Assembly (NCBI GenBank): GCA_017577365.2
Contig: PKRJ02000006.1
Location: 2,116-66,115, forward strand
Direction: 5' to 3'
Source of the DNA: Gammaproteobacteria bacterium
Lineage (GTDB): Bacteria > Pseudomonadota > Gammaproteobacteria > Steroidobacterales > Rariloculaceae
Length of the DNA stretch: 64,000 nt
The notes below the pieces were generated by a model. That model was not told where the DNA came from. It did no database searches and saw only the letters and a program-made list of their open reading frames with translations. The position numbers and the translations under genes were made by a program. Of the stretch, positions 1-9,733 are shown piece by piece. The first letter of the stretch is position 1; every line of letters begins with the position of its first letter.

Positions 1-1862
1 TAGGCCTCTATATCGACGAGGTCTATTACGCGTCGGCGAACGGCTCGCTGCTGGACGTCGTGGACGTCGAGCGCGTCGAGGTCCTGCGCGGGCCGCAGGG
101 CACGCTGTTCGGCCGCAACACGACCGGCGGGCTGCTGCATTTCGTCACCGTGAAGCCGCAGCCCGAGTTCGGCGGGCAGATCCGCGGCAACTTCGGCAGC
201 TACGACCGTGCGGACCTGAGCGCGGTCGTCAACGTGCCGATCAACGACAAAGTCCTCACGCGTTTCACGGCGGCGAGCCTCAAGCAGGGCGGTTACGTCA
301 AGCAAGCGAACGGCATGCCGGATCTCGGCGACAAGGACACGGATCTCGTGCGCGCGCAGTTCCGCTTCTTGCCGACGGACTCGCTCACGGTCGATCTTTC
401 GCACGCGTACATCGAGTACGACGACCACGGCGCCGCGCAGGTCGCGATCAAGATTAGCCAGGAGCCGACGACGATCGGCAATCTCTTCGAATCGCAGAAT
501 CCAGATCTGCCGGAGATCGAGTCTTTCAGCGACAGCGACTGTATCGTCGGCAACAGCAATGACTGCGTGTCGCCGGGCAGCGATCTCGATCAGAGCCGCG
601 AGGGCCGCCTCTTGGTCACGACGCTGACGACGACCTGGGATATCACGGACAACCTCACGCTCAAGGCGATCACGGGCTTGATCGACGTCAGCGCGTATCA
701 GGTCGCGGCCGACTGGGACGGCTTGCCGCTCCCGATCTGGTCGAGCCAGGACGCGAAGGACGACGAGGAAACGTTCTCGCAGGAGCTGCAGTTCCTCGGC
801 GAGAGCTTCGACGGTTTCCTCTCGTGGCAGACGGGCGTCTACTTCTCGAAGCTTCGTCAGAACAACTATTCGACGACGGTCCGCTGCTGCGGCTTCGCGT
901 CGAGCGGCGGCCCCACGGGCGGCGCCGACATCATCCGGTCGTCGAATGTCGGCGTATACGGCGACGCAACCGCTTCGTTGACGGATCGCCTCAGCTTCTC
1001 CTTCGGCGGCCGGTATACGAAGGACGAGCTCGAGCACCAGGTGCTCGATGCCGTCGACTGGAACGAGTTCATCTGGCGCGCGAACGTCCAGTACGACTTG
1101 ACGGATGACGTGATGGTCTATGCAAGCGCTGGCACCGGCTACCGCGCGGGCGGCGTCTCGAGGCTCTGCGACAACCCCGTCCCGCAGTGCTACCACCTCT
1201 ACGGTGCCGAGACGCTCGTGAACCGCGAGATCGGCCTGCGCTCGACCTGGCTCGACCGGCGCCTGCGCATGAACCTCACGTACTTCGACATGACGTGGCG
1301 AGATCGGCAGGTGCAGACCCTGACGATCGATCCCGAGTCGGAGACGGGCGTCGTTGCGACGACGGAGAACATCGGCAAGGCCGCGCTCGACGGCATCGAG
1401 CTCGAGACGAGCTTCCTCGCGGGCGAGCGCTTCACGCTGTCGGCCGCCGCATCCGTCCTCGATGCGGATATCCTGCAGGGCGGCGCGCCCGGGTCGACGC
1501 TGCAGCCGGGCGACGAGATGCCGCGTGCGCCGAAGCTGAACTATCGGATCGGTGGCAGCTATACGCTGCCGCTCGATAACGGCGCGGCGCTCACGTTCCG
1601 CAGCGACCTGGCTTTCACGGACAAGCAGCGCTCGTTCCCGACGCCGACGAATTCCGACATCATCCCGAGCTACAAGGTCGTGCAGGCGCGCGTCGAGTAC
1701 GAGTCGCCGGACGGCCGTTGGTCGGTTGCCGGCTACTGCACGAACTGCGCCGACGAGAGGTACTGGATGTCCGCGTTCGACAACCGCGGCGTCTATCAGA
1801 TCGAGACCGGGCAGCTCGGCCGGCCTCGCGAGTTCGGCGTCGCGCTTCGCATGGACTACTAG
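1..1862 (+). CDS. TonB-dependent receptor, C-terminal ~620 codons (5' end lies outside the window; reading frame begins at nt 3)
   Basis: The frame is open from nt 3 ('GLYIDEVYYASANGSLLDV'). It continues 'VERVEVLRGPQGTLFGRNTTGG', the plug/barrel junction motif. The rest is a long beta-barrel-like sequence ending in an aromatic residue ('ALRMDY'). Confidence 0.9.
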   Translation, partial: GLYIDEVYYASANGSLLDVVDVERVEVLRGPQGTLFGRNTTGGLLHFVTVKPQPEFGGQIRGNFGSYDRADLSAVVNVPINDKVLTRFTAASLKQGGYVKQANGMPDLGDKDTDLVRAQFRFLPTDSLTVDLSHAYIEYDDHGAAQVAIKISQEPTTIGNLFESQNPDLPEIESFSDSDCIVGNSNDCVSPGSDLDQSREGRLLVTTLTTTWDITDNLTLKAITGLIDVSAYQVAADWDGLPLPIWSSQDAKDDEETFSQELQFLGESFDGFLSWQTGVYFSKLRQNNYSTTVRCCGFASSGGPTGGADIIRSSNVGVYGDATASLTDRLSFSFGGRYTKDELEHQVLDAVDWNEFIWRANVQYDLTDDVMVYASAGTGYRAGGVSRLCDNPVPQCYHLYGAETLVNREIGLRSTWLDRRLRMNLTYFDMTWRDRQVQTLTIDPESETGVVATTENIGKAALDGIELETSFLAGERFTLSAAASVLDADILQGGAPGSTLQPGDEMPRAPKLNYRIGGSYTLPLDNGAALTFRSDLAFTDKQRSFPTPTNSDIIPSYKVVQARVEYESPDGRWSVAGYCTNCADERYWMSAFDNRGVYQIETGQLGRPREFGVALRMDY

Positions 1863-1870
1863 TCGCCGGG

Positions 1871-1906
1871 GCGGGTCCGTGGAGGGAACCGCGGACCCGC
1901 TTTTTT
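1871..1906 (+). terminator. Rho-independent terminator after the TonB-dependent receptor
   Basis: A 9-bp GC stem, gcgggtccg (1871-1879) / cggacccgc (1892-1900), is followed by TTTTTT (1901-1906). It lies 9 nt after the TAG stop. Confidence 0.7.
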
Positions 1907-1921
1907 GACCAGCAGGAGGTG

Positions 1922-2347
1922 ATGGTCATGGCGCGAACACCGCGCAATGCAAAGTGGGCGGTCCTCCCTTTGTTGACCGCGATCGGAATGATGCTCGGCG
2001 GGATTGCGAATGCTCACCACGGGTATTCGCTGAACTACGAGACCGACAACATCGGCACGATCGAGGGCGTCGTCGAGGAAGTGTTCTGGTCGAACCCGCA
2101 CGTGCAGTACTACGTCGCGGTCAAGCGCGAAGACGGCTCGACGCAGACGTGGATCGTCGAGACGCACAATCTGCGCATCCTGCAGAACGCGGGCTGGACA
2201 CGCGACACGGTCAAGGTCGGGGACACGATCAAGGTCACGGGCTACCTCGGACGACAGGGTAGGCCGCGTATCGCGGGGATGAAGTTCGAGTTCGCGGACG
2301 GAAGCGTCCATTCCCTGTTCGGCGAAGAGAGAACCTCTTCCCAGTAA
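1922..2347 (+). CDS. DUF6152-like small secreted protein
   Basis: An AGGAGG Shine-Dalgarno lies at ~1914-1919 before the ATG at 1922. The signal peptide ends 'GIANA', so the mature N-terminus is 'HHGYSL'. The motifs 'FWSNPHV' and 'GWTRDTVKVGDTIKVTG' match my memory of the DUF6152 family, which often sits next to TonB receptors. Confidence 0.7.
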   Translation: MVMARTPRNAKWAVLPLLTAIGMMLGGIANAHHGYSLNYETDNIGTIEGVVEEVFWSNPHVQYYVAVKREDGSTQTWIVETHNLRILQNAGWTRDTVKVGDTIKVTGYLGRQGRPRIAGMKFEFADGSVHSLFGEERTSSQ

Positions 2348-2361
2348 GCCAGGGCGGCGAG

Positions 2362-3396
2362 ATGAATCGCGGACGCGCGCGCATAGGTTTGGCCTGGCTC
2401 GTCCTCGTGGCGATGCCGCTCGTAGCGGCGGCCGCACCCGAGGATTTCCAAGGCGAATGGTTGCTGGCCCTCGAGCGGGGCGCGACGGTCGATTACGGAA
2501 AACTCGCGTTCGAGTCATCGCCCGAAGGGATGCGGGCCTATATCGATGGTGGCCCGGTCAACGTGATCTTCGGTCGAAACGATTCCGTTACGGTCACGCT
2601 CGACTGGTCCGACAGCGGCGACCGTTTGCACGAAAGCCTCCTCGAGGGCCGGCTCTCGGACGGCATGATCACGGGCCAGATCCTCGAGAACGGCGCGCGC
2701 GTCGGCACGTGGCGCGCCGTTCCCGAGGCGGAACGCACGCGCATACTGAAACCCTCGAAGCTTCCGCCGGATCTGCTCGACCTCTCCGGCCTGTGGTCGG
2801 TCGGTTCGCGCGGCACGCACAAGGATACGTTCGACCTGACGCCGGAAGGGCGCGAGGTCGACGAGGCGTACGACCCGACGCTCGACGACCCGCATCTGCG
2901 ATGCGTGGCCGGCGGGTTGATCCGTATGCTCGACGGCCCGTTCCCGATCGAGATCATCCCGCGGCAGGATCATCTGCTCATCCTGTTCCAGTACTTCGAG
3001 GAGCAGCAGCGCATCTACACGGACGGCCGCGGCTTCCCCGAGGACCTCGAGAACACGCCGATGGGCTATTCGATCGGCCGCTGGGAAGGCTCGACGCTCG
3101 TCGTCGAGACGCGCGGGCTGTCGGAAGCCGTATGGGATTCGCGCGGCATGCCGATCTCCGATGAGGCCCGCGTGATCCAGCGCCTCTACCTCGACGAGAG
3201 CGGGAATCTGCACAACGAGATCACGCTGCACGATCCGCGCTACTACAACCGTCCGGTGCTGCGGCACGCGTACTGGACTTACGATCCGGACGCGGGGCAT
3301 CAGGAGTACGACTGCGACCCGCACTCGTTCTACCGCACGCTCGATATCGAGGGGCGGCTGGATGAGTATTGGGGACGCTCGCGAACGCGGCGTTGA
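2362..3396 (+). CDS. Secreted hypothetical protein (signal peptide, no recognised domain)
   Basis: The N-terminus 'MNRGRARIGLAWLVLVAMPLVAAAAP' is a signal peptide. GC3 codon bias is good. The gap to the upstream gene is 14 nt, consistent with an operon. Confidence 0.6.
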   Translation: MNRGRARIGLAWLVLVAMPLVAAAAPEDFQGEWLLALERGATVDYGKLAFESSPEGMRAYIDGGPVNVIFGRNDSVTVTLDWSDSGDRLHESLLEGRLSDGMITGQILENGARVGTWRAVPEAERTRILKPSKLPPDLLDLSGLWSVGSRGTHKDTFDLTPEGREVDEAYDPTLDDPHLRCVAGGLIRMLDGPFPIEIIPRQDHLLILFQYFEEQQRIYTDGRGFPEDLENTPMGYSIGRWEGSTLVVETRGLSEAVWDSRGMPISDEARVIQRLYLDESGNLHNEITLHDPRYYNRPVLRHAYWTYDPDAGHQEYDCDPHSFYRTLDIEGRLDEYWGRSRTRR

Positions 3397-3492
3397 CCGC
3401 GCTCGGCGGCGCGCTCTGCTTCCGCCGCCGCCGATGTGTCCCGCGCGCCGCGAACGCGCCGCACTCGCGCCGCTCTCCGATACAAAACGGCG

Positions 3493-4389
3493 TCACGCGC
3501 CGATGCCGTGATTCCCGCGCAGCGCTTCGACGACGAAGTCCACGAACGCGCTGACCTTCGTGCTCACGAGCCGCCGCGACGAGTGCAGCACCCAGAGCTC
3601 CGACGTCCGGTGCGGCACGGTGCTCCAGATCACGAGGCGGCCCTCGGCCGCGGCGTCCGCGACGACGCCGCGCGGCAGCAGCGCGGCGCCCGCGCCGGTG
3701 CAAACCGCATCGCGCACCATCAGCAGTGATGACAGGCGCAGCCGCACGTCCGGCATGATCTCGAGCCGGTCCGTGACCCTCCACGGCCCATTGTCCTGGA
3801 AACTGATCATCGCGACCGCCGGCACTCGCGGAGGGGTGCCGTCTTTGGGCGGTCTCGGCCGACGCATGCCGGGCGGCGCGACGACGACGAGGGTTTCTTC
3901 GCGGATCCGCCGCCCGACGAGGTTCTCATCGGAACGCGGGTTCGCGCGAATCACGACGTCGTAGCCTTCGTCGACGAGATCGACGTAGCGGTCTTCCGCA
4001 ATGACCTCGAGCTCGACCTCGGGGTAACGTCGGACAAACTCGGCGGCGAGCTGGCCGAACGTCGTCTGCCCCAGGAAGAGCGGGACGCTGACCTTGAGCC
4101 GTCCGCGGGGCTGCAACGAGCCTTCGGCGACGCACTGTCCGACCTCGAGAATCTCGGCGACGAGCGAACTCGTCCGCTCGTGCAGCGCGCGGCCGCTTTC
4201 GGTGAGCGTGAGCTTGTGCGTGCCGCGCTCGAAGAGCCGCACGCCGAGGCTCTCCTCGAGCGCCATCACGCGGCGGGACAACGTCGCCTTCGGTCTTCCG
4301 CTCAGGCGGCTCGCTCTGCCGAAGCCGCCGGCGGACGCGACGAGGTTGAAATCGGCCAGCAAGCCGAGGTCGATTTTCGAGTGATCCAT
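3493..4389 (-). CDS. LysR-family transcriptional regulator
   Basis: N-terminal wHTH 'FNLVASAGGFGRASRLSGRPKATLSRRVMALEESLGVRLFERGTHKLTLTESG'. The ~300-aa length is typical. It is divergent from the OYE reductase gene. Confidence 0.9.
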   Translation of the reverse strand: MDHSKIDLGLLADFNLVASAGGFGRASRLSGRPKATLSRRVMALEESLGVRLFERGTHKLTLTESGRALHERTSSLVAEILEVGQCVAEGSLQPRGRLKVSVPLFLGQTTFGQLAAEFVRRYPEVELEVIAEDRYVDLVDEGYDVVIRANPRSDENLVGRRIREETLVVVAPPGMRRPRPPKDGTPPRVPAVAMISFQDNGPWRVTDRLEIMPDVRLRLSSLLMVRDAVCTGAGAALLPRGVVADAAAEGRLVIWSTVPHRTSELWVLHSSRRLVSTKVSAFVDFVVEALRGNHGIGA

Positions 4390-4512
4390 TATTGGAACAA
4401 CCTGTCCATTCTTTGCGGATTGCGGGCCGATCCATGGACACTCTATCCTTTCCCCGCGCCGGAAGCGAGCCCAACCCCCGGCGCCTGAGGGAATGAACGA
4501 TCAGGAGCGACG

Positions 4513-5598
4513 ATGACGACGATCTGGGACGAAGCAAGAGTCGGACGGCTCAAGTGGCCGCACCGTTTCGCGATGGCCCCCATGACGCGCAGCCGGGCGC
4601 AGCCCGACGGCACGCCGGGTCCGCTCGCCGCAACGTACTACGCGCAGCGCGCGTCGCTCGGGCTTTTGATCAGCGAGGGCGTTCAGCCTTCGGACGACGG
4701 GCAGGGCTACATGCTGACGCCTGGCATCTACACCGACCGGCACGTGGAAGGCTGGCGGCGAGTCACCGATGCGGTGCATGACGCGGGCGGCTACATCTAC
4801 CTGCAGCTCATGCACGTCGGCCGCGTGAGCCATCCGGACAACACGCCGCATCATCGTCAGGCGCTCGCGCCTTCGGCAGTCGCGACCGGCGAGCAGATCT
4901 TCACGCCGGGCGGCTTGAAGCCCATGCCGGTCCCGCGCGCGATGACCATCGACGACATCCGCAAGACGATCGACGATTTCGCCTATGCCGCGACGCGCGC
5001 GATCGAAGCTGGCGCCGACGGCATCGAGATCCACGGCGCGAATGGTTATCTCGTGCAGCAGTTCTTGTCGGCGAACGCGAATCTGCGCGAGGACGAGTAC
5101 GGCGGCTCGATCGAGAACCGTGCGCGTTTCGCGATCGAGACCGCGGCGGCGGTCGCGGCGGCGATCGGCCCGGATCGCACCGGCATTCGCTTGTCGCCCG
5201 GCTCGACTTTCAACGCGATCGAGGAGGGCGAGGAGTACGAGGCGCTCTATCGCTATCTCGTCGCCGAGCTCGCGAAGCTCGATCTCGCGTACGTCCACAT
5301 CGTGCACCACGGCAACGAGTCGCTCGTACGGGATCTTCGCCGCCTCTGGCCGAACGCGTTGCTGGTCAATCGGCCCGGACAACCGCTCGACAAGCTCGCG
5401 GCCGACATCGAGTCGGGGCTCGCCGACGTCGTGACGATCGGCCGCTTCGCGCTCGCGAATCCGGATTTCGTCGAGCGCTACCGTATCGGCGCGGCGATGA
5501 ACGAGCCGGACCCGGCCACGTTCTACGGCGGAGGCGAGAGAGGGTATACGGACTATCCGCGGCTCTCCGAGGCCCCGCAAACGGCGCTCGCCGGATGA
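4513..5598 (+). CDS. Old Yellow Enzyme family alkene reductase / NADH:flavin oxidoreductase (NemA-like)
   Basis: Motifs 'RFAMAPMTRSRA', 'YYAQRAS.GLLISEG', 'LQLMHVGRVSHP' and 'EIHGANGYLVQQFL' are OYE hallmarks. Confidence 0.9.
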   Translation: MTTIWDEARVGRLKWPHRFAMAPMTRSRAQPDGTPGPLAATYYAQRASLGLLISEGVQPSDDGQGYMLTPGIYTDRHVEGWRRVTDAVHDAGGYIYLQLMHVGRVSHPDNTPHHRQALAPSAVATGEQIFTPGGLKPMPVPRAMTIDDIRKTIDDFAYAATRAIEAGADGIEIHGANGYLVQQFLSANANLREDEYGGSIENRARFAIETAAAVAAAIGPDRTGIRLSPGSTFNAIEEGEEYEALYRYLVAELAKLDLAYVHIVHHGNESLVRDLRRLWPNALLVNRPGQPLDKLAADIESGLADVVTIGRFALANPDFVERYRIGAAMNEPDPATFYGGGERGYTDYPRLSEAPQTALAG

Positions 5599-5709
5599 GC
5601 GGCCGGCGCGCGCTATCGCCCGCGATCGATCACGGCGATCGATCGCGCGGAGCGCGCGCGTGTTGAACAAGAGCGTGATCGCGGCGACGAGCCCCCGCAA
5701 ACGGGCTCG

Positions 5710-6063
5710 TCAGCCGCGTCGCTTGCGTCTTGGCGACGCGACGAGCGCGTAGCTTTCCGCGATCAGGTCGGCGAGCAGCGGCCACTTGATGCGCGGCCGA
5801 TCCATCCATACTCCTATCCAGCCTTTGTGGCCGACGTACGGCGGGACGAAGAAGCTGTCGGGATCGGTCGCCGTGAGGATCTCCTGCACGCCCGGTCCGC
5901 CCTTCATCCACACCGAGGGACGCCCTCCCGGATAGTTGCCCTTCGCCATCGCGAAGATCTTGTCGCGCACGCGCCAGGTCGGATCGCCCCACGCGATCTT
6001 CTCGGTCGCGTCGGGCAGGCCGAGGCAGATCTCACGCAGCCGGGCGAGGTGCTCCGGACGCAT
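5710..6063 (-). CDS. MmcQ/YjbR family DNA-binding protein
   Basis: 'LREICLGLPDATEKIAWGDPTWRVRDKIFAM...HKGWIGVW' fits the family. I chose the internal ATG at 6063, because the longer ORF to 6150 adds a non-conserved-looking extension. Confidence 0.7.
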   Translation of the reverse strand: MRPEHLARLREICLGLPDATEKIAWGDPTWRVRDKIFAMAKGNYPGGRPSVWMKGGPGVQEILTATDPDSFFVPPYVGHKGWIGVWMDRPRIKWPLLADLIAESYALVASPRRKRRG

Positions 6064-6232
6064 CGTCAGCTCGTTCACCGCGGCAGGCCTCGTGCTCTCG
6101 GTGCAGCGCTCGAGGCCACATGATAGGGTCGCGTGTCGATCGGAGGCCATGGCCGTCGCCGCCTCCCGACTTCGCTAGAATCTTTTGTGCGAGATTCGAT
6201 CCAACCGGCCGGGATCGAATCGGCGGTTCGCG

Positions 6233-8359
6233 ATGCAGGCAGTTCACACGAAGTCCGTCCACGACGCGGAGGCCGAGCGCGCCGCAGCGCAGCGCCTCGC
6301 GCGTATCGAAGCGGCCGTGCCGGCGGCTCAGCCCGCCTGCGCGCGGGGCCGCGCGCTGCTCGGCATCGTCGCCGGCCTCACGGACGACACCGAGATCCTC
6401 GAGGCGGCCGCGCTCCTTCCCGTGCTCGAGTCCGGCGCGATCGACGAAGAAGCCGCCGGCCGCTACTTCGGCGCGGAGTCCGTGCGCATGGCGGCCGAGC
6501 TGATCCGCATCGACACGCTCGGCCGAAAGGCGTGGAAGCCGGGCGGTGCGCCGTCGGGCGAGCAGGTCGAAGCGCTGCGCAAGATGCTGCTCGCGATCTT
6601 CGGCGATCCGCGGCTGTTGCTCGTGCGGCTCGCCGCGCAGCTCGCGCGGATGCGCGAGGTGAAACGCGGGCCTGCCGAGGAGCGCGAACGTCTCGCGCTC
6701 GAGACGCGCGAGGTGTATGCGCCGCTCGCGAACCGGCTCGGCGTCTGGCAGCTCAAGTGGGAGCTCGAGGACCTCGCGTTCCGCTATCTCGAGCCCGAGA
6801 ACTACCACCGCGTCGCGGGCTGGCTCGCGGCGAAGCGCGCGGATCGCGAGCGCTACGTCGCCGAGGTGAGCAAGATCATCGCGAACGCGCTAGAGCAGGC
6901 CGGGATTCGCGCGAGCGTCACGGGCCGGCCGAAGCACATCTACAGCATCTGGCGCAAGATGCAGCGCAAGGGCTTGTCGTTCGACCAGCTCTACGATCTG
7001 CGCGCGGTCCGGATCCTCGTCGATTCCGTCGCCGACTGCTATGCCGCCCTCGGCGTCGTCCACGGGCTCTGGCCGCACATCCCGGGGGAGTTCGACGACT
7101 ACATCGCGACGCCGAAGAGCAACGGTTATCAGTCTTTGCACACGGCGGTCGTCGGACCCGAGAAGCTGCCGGTCGAGATCCAGATCCGCACGTGGGACAT
7201 GCACGATCACGCCGAGCTCGGCGTCGCCGCGCATTGGCGTTACAAGGAAGGGACGCCGTCGGATCGATCGTTCGAGCAGAAGATCGCGTGGCTCAGGCAG
7301 CTCCTCGATCCCGCGGACGTGCGCGAGACGGACGGCGACTTTCTCGAGCGCGTGCGCGCGGAGATCTTCGAGGACCGCGTGTACGTCCTCTCGCCGCGCG
7401 GCGAGGTCATCGAGCTGCCGCGCGGCGCGACGCCGCTCGACTATGCCTACCAGGTGCACACCGGTCTCGGGCACCGTTGCCGCGGCGCGAAGGTCAACGG
7501 TCGAATCGTTCCGCTCGATCGACCGCTTTCGAACGGCGATCAGGTCGAGATCATCGCGGGCAAGCAGCCGAATCCGAGCCGCGATTGGCTCGTGCCTTCG
7601 CTGGGTTATCTCGTGTCGCCTCGCCACCGAGCGAAGGTGCGCGCGTGGTTCCGCAAGCAGGACGAGGCGCAGAACCGTGCAGCCGGCCGTCAGATTCTCG
7701 AGCGCGAGCTGCAGCGGCTCGGCGTGCGCGAGGTGCCCCTCGCCGAGCTCGCCGCCGAGTTTCACTACGAGACCCCCGAGCAGCTGTTCCAGGCGATCGG
7801 CGAAGGCGAGGTCACCGGGGCACAGATCGCCGGCGCGCTGCAGCGCCGGTTGCGCGAGGAAGAGCCCGCGCCCATTCCGAGCCGTCGTCCGACCGACGCG
7901 TCCGCGGACACGTCGAGTATCCGCATCGAAGGCGCGGGCGACCTGCTGTCGACGTTCGCGAAGTGTTGCCGGCCGGTGCCGCCCGAGCCGATCACGGGCT
8001 ATATCACGGTCGGGCGCGGCGTGACGGTGCATCGAAAGGATTGCCCGAACCTGCGCGTGCTCGAGGAGCGGCGTCCGCATCGCGTCATCGCGGTCGATTG
8101 GGGCTCGCGCGGCGACCGCGCGTTTCCCGTCGACGTGAACGTGCGGGCGTTCGACCGAAGAGGCCTGCTGCGCGACATCAGCTCGGTGCTCGCGGATTCG
8201 AAGATCGATATCCGCGCGATGACCACGTCGACGCAGGAGCAGGAAGGCACGGCCGACGTGAATCTCACGATCGCCGTGCAGGATCTCGAGGAACTCTCGC
8301 GCGTTCTCGCGCGTATTCAGAGCCTGCCGAACGTACTGAGCGCCGAGCGGCGCGCGTAG
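6233..8359 (+). CDS. relA: GTP pyrophosphokinase, (p)ppGpp synthetase I (RelA type)
   Basis: Synthetase core 'HIYSIWRKMQRKGLSFDQLYDLRAVRILV', 'DDYIATPKSNGYQSLHT', TGS 'VYVLSPRGEVIELPRGATPLDYAY', and a C-terminal ACT. The N-terminal HD-like region lacks the HD catalytic dyad ('AALLPVLESG'), so this is RelA rather than SpoT. The ATG at 6233 is preferred over the TTG at 6185. Confidence 0.9.
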   Translation: MQAVHTKSVHDAEAERAAAQRLARIEAAVPAAQPACARGRALLGIVAGLTDDTEILEAAALLPVLESGAIDEEAAGRYFGAESVRMAAELIRIDTLGRKAWKPGGAPSGEQVEALRKMLLAIFGDPRLLLVRLAAQLARMREVKRGPAEERERLALETREVYAPLANRLGVWQLKWELEDLAFRYLEPENYHRVAGWLAAKRADRERYVAEVSKIIANALEQAGIRASVTGRPKHIYSIWRKMQRKGLSFDQLYDLRAVRILVDSVADCYAALGVVHGLWPHIPGEFDDYIATPKSNGYQSLHTAVVGPEKLPVEIQIRTWDMHDHAELGVAAHWRYKEGTPSDRSFEQKIAWLRQLLDPADVRETDGDFLERVRAEIFEDRVYVLSPRGEVIELPRGATPLDYAYQVHTGLGHRCRGAKVNGRIVPLDRPLSNGDQVEIIAGKQPNPSRDWLVPSLGYLVSPRHRAKVRAWFRKQDEAQNRAAGRQILERELQRLGVREVPLAELAAEFHYETPEQLFQAIGEGEVTGAQIAGALQRRLREEEPAPIPSRRPTDASADTSSIRIEGAGDLLSTFAKCCRPVPPEPITGYITVGRGVTVHRKDCPNLRVLEERRPHRVIAVDWGSRGDRAFPVDVNVRAFDRRGLLRDISSVLADSKIDIRAMTTSTQEQEGTADVNLTIAVQDLEELSRVLARIQSLPNVLSAERRA

Positions 8360-8366
8360 CTTCGGA

Positions 8367-9404
8367 TCAGCGGCGCAGCGTTCGAACCCAGCGCGTGAGC
8401 GTCGCGGTGCCTTCGCGCCACGTTCCGCTGCCCGCGCCGCCGTCGGCGAGGTCGCGTTCGACTCGGACCGCGAGCTCCTCCGGCGCGTAGCCGAACGCCG
8501 CCCGAAACGCGCGCCGCAGCGCCTCCCGGCTCTCGAACCCGTAAGCGGCCGCGAGCCTCGTGATCGAGCGGCGTCTCGTGCTCCGCGCGATCTCGGAGCG
8601 GATGCGCTCGAGACGGCGGCTCAGAATGTGCTGCTCGATCCCGCCGAGCGGCTCGAACAGGGCCTCGAGCTGCGCCGGAGCGATGCCGACCGCTCTCGAG
8701 ATCGCGGCGGCGGTCAGCCGCGGCGAGCGGAGATGCTTGTCGATGTACCGCGTGACCTTCCGACGCATCAGAATCTCGATCTGATCTCGTGCCCGATCGA
8801 GATGCTCGGCGGACGGGGAGATGCACGCGGCGAGGAGCTCGCAGGTCGCGCGCACGATGTGCGGGGCCTGGGTCACCTCGAGCCCGGGCAGCCGCCGCTC
8901 GAGCGACGCGAGATAGTCGCCGAACAATCCGCCGCTCGCATCGGGGAGGACGAGACCGTGCAGGTTGCCGGACGCGGGCAGCACGTCGTCCATGATGTCT
9001 CGGGGAACGATCAGCGTGAGGCATTCGGCCGACGTCGCTTGCGTCCAGAGGGTTCGCGCCGTGTCGAGAATCGAGACGCTGCCTGGCTCGACGCGCACGT
9101 TCTCCTCGCCCACTCGCCCGATGTAGCCGCCCTCGCGATAGAACTGGACGAGATAGTGATCGAGCCGATCGCTGCGCGTGCGGCTCGACGTCCGTAGGAA
9201 GTACTGAGGCGCGAACCGGGTGCGCGCCAGGACGAAGTCGCCGACATGGTAGGCATCGACCTCCGCCGGGAAACCGCGATCCGTATCGGCGACCGGCGCG
9301 ACGTCGAAGACGGACGCGACCTGCTCCTGCCAGCCCGCGAACTGCTCGTCGAACGGAAGGACATCACTTCGAAAGCTGACGCTTGGAATCGTCAGAGCGG
9401 ACAT
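8367..9404 (-). CDS. AraC-family transcriptional regulator
   Basis: C-terminal double HTH '...ISRAVGIAPAQLEALF...SITRLAAAYGFESREALRRAFRAAFGYAPEE', with an N-terminal AraC-type effector domain. Confidence 0.85.
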   Translation of the reverse strand: MSALTIPSVSFRSDVLPFDEQFAGWQEQVASVFDVAPVADTDRGFPAEVDAYHVGDFVLARTRFAPQYFLRTSSRTRSDRLDHYLVQFYREGGYIGRVGEENVRVEPGSVSILDTARTLWTQATSAECLTLIVPRDIMDDVLPASGNLHGLVLPDASGGLFGDYLASLERRLPGLEVTQAPHIVRATCELLAACISPSAEHLDRARDQIEILMRRKVTRYIDKHLRSPRLTAAAISRAVGIAPAQLEALFEPLGGIEQHILSRRLERIRSEIARSTRRRSITRLAAAYGFESREALRRAFRAAFGYAPEELAVRVERDLADGGAGSGTWREGTATLTRWVRTLRR

Positions 9405-9441
9405 GCATCACCCCCTACGCCGAGCCGTCCGTCGCGTTCGA

Positions 9442-9603
9442 TTATGGATCAGATCCGTCCAGCTTCGCGAGAAATTCGCGAAACCATGGCGGATTCACGA
9501 GGATCACGTAGGCGAGGAATAGCGACGCGAGAGGCACGAAGAAAACGATGGCGTCAACGATCACGATGGCCGCCGCGAGCAGTATCCGTTGCAGTTGACT
9601 CAT
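9442..9603 (-). CDS. Possible small membrane protein (53 aa)
   Basis: 'MSQLQRILLAAAIVIVDAIVFFVPLASLFLAYVILVNPPWF' contains two hydrophobic helices. There is no clear Shine-Dalgarno, so the call is weak. Confidence 0.3.
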   Translation of the reverse strand: MSQLQRILLAAAIVIVDAIVFFVPLASLFLAYVILVNPPWFREFLAKLDGSDP

Positions 9604-9733
9604 CGCTCGTGCGTCGTCGCGTCGAGCATTTCCGCGGATACGGGTGAAGCGAGAAGCGTCGCGCCAGCCGCGACGGCGAGTTTCGGGAAAGGTTTCATTA
9701 CGACTCCAGGTCAAATGCGCGGGCGACGCGATG

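Noticed and set aside
4385-4438. TCCA-N4-TGGA and TCCATGGA palindromes as LysR boxes in the LysR / OYE reductase intergenic region
   Set aside because: The spacing does not fit the T-N11-A LysR consensus. Short palindromes of this kind are expected by chance, so I cannot support a binding-site call.
8360-8366. Only 7 nt separate the convergent relA and AraC stop codons, with no terminator hairpin
   Set aside because: No structure or motif is visible. Convergent read-through is possible but cannot be argued from sequence alone.
6133-8490. 785-aa plus-strand ORF overlapping relA in another frame
   Set aside because: Its composition is extremely Arg/Ala-rich, whereas the relA frame carries unmistakable synthetase/TGS/ACT motifs. 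It is an out-of-frame artefact.
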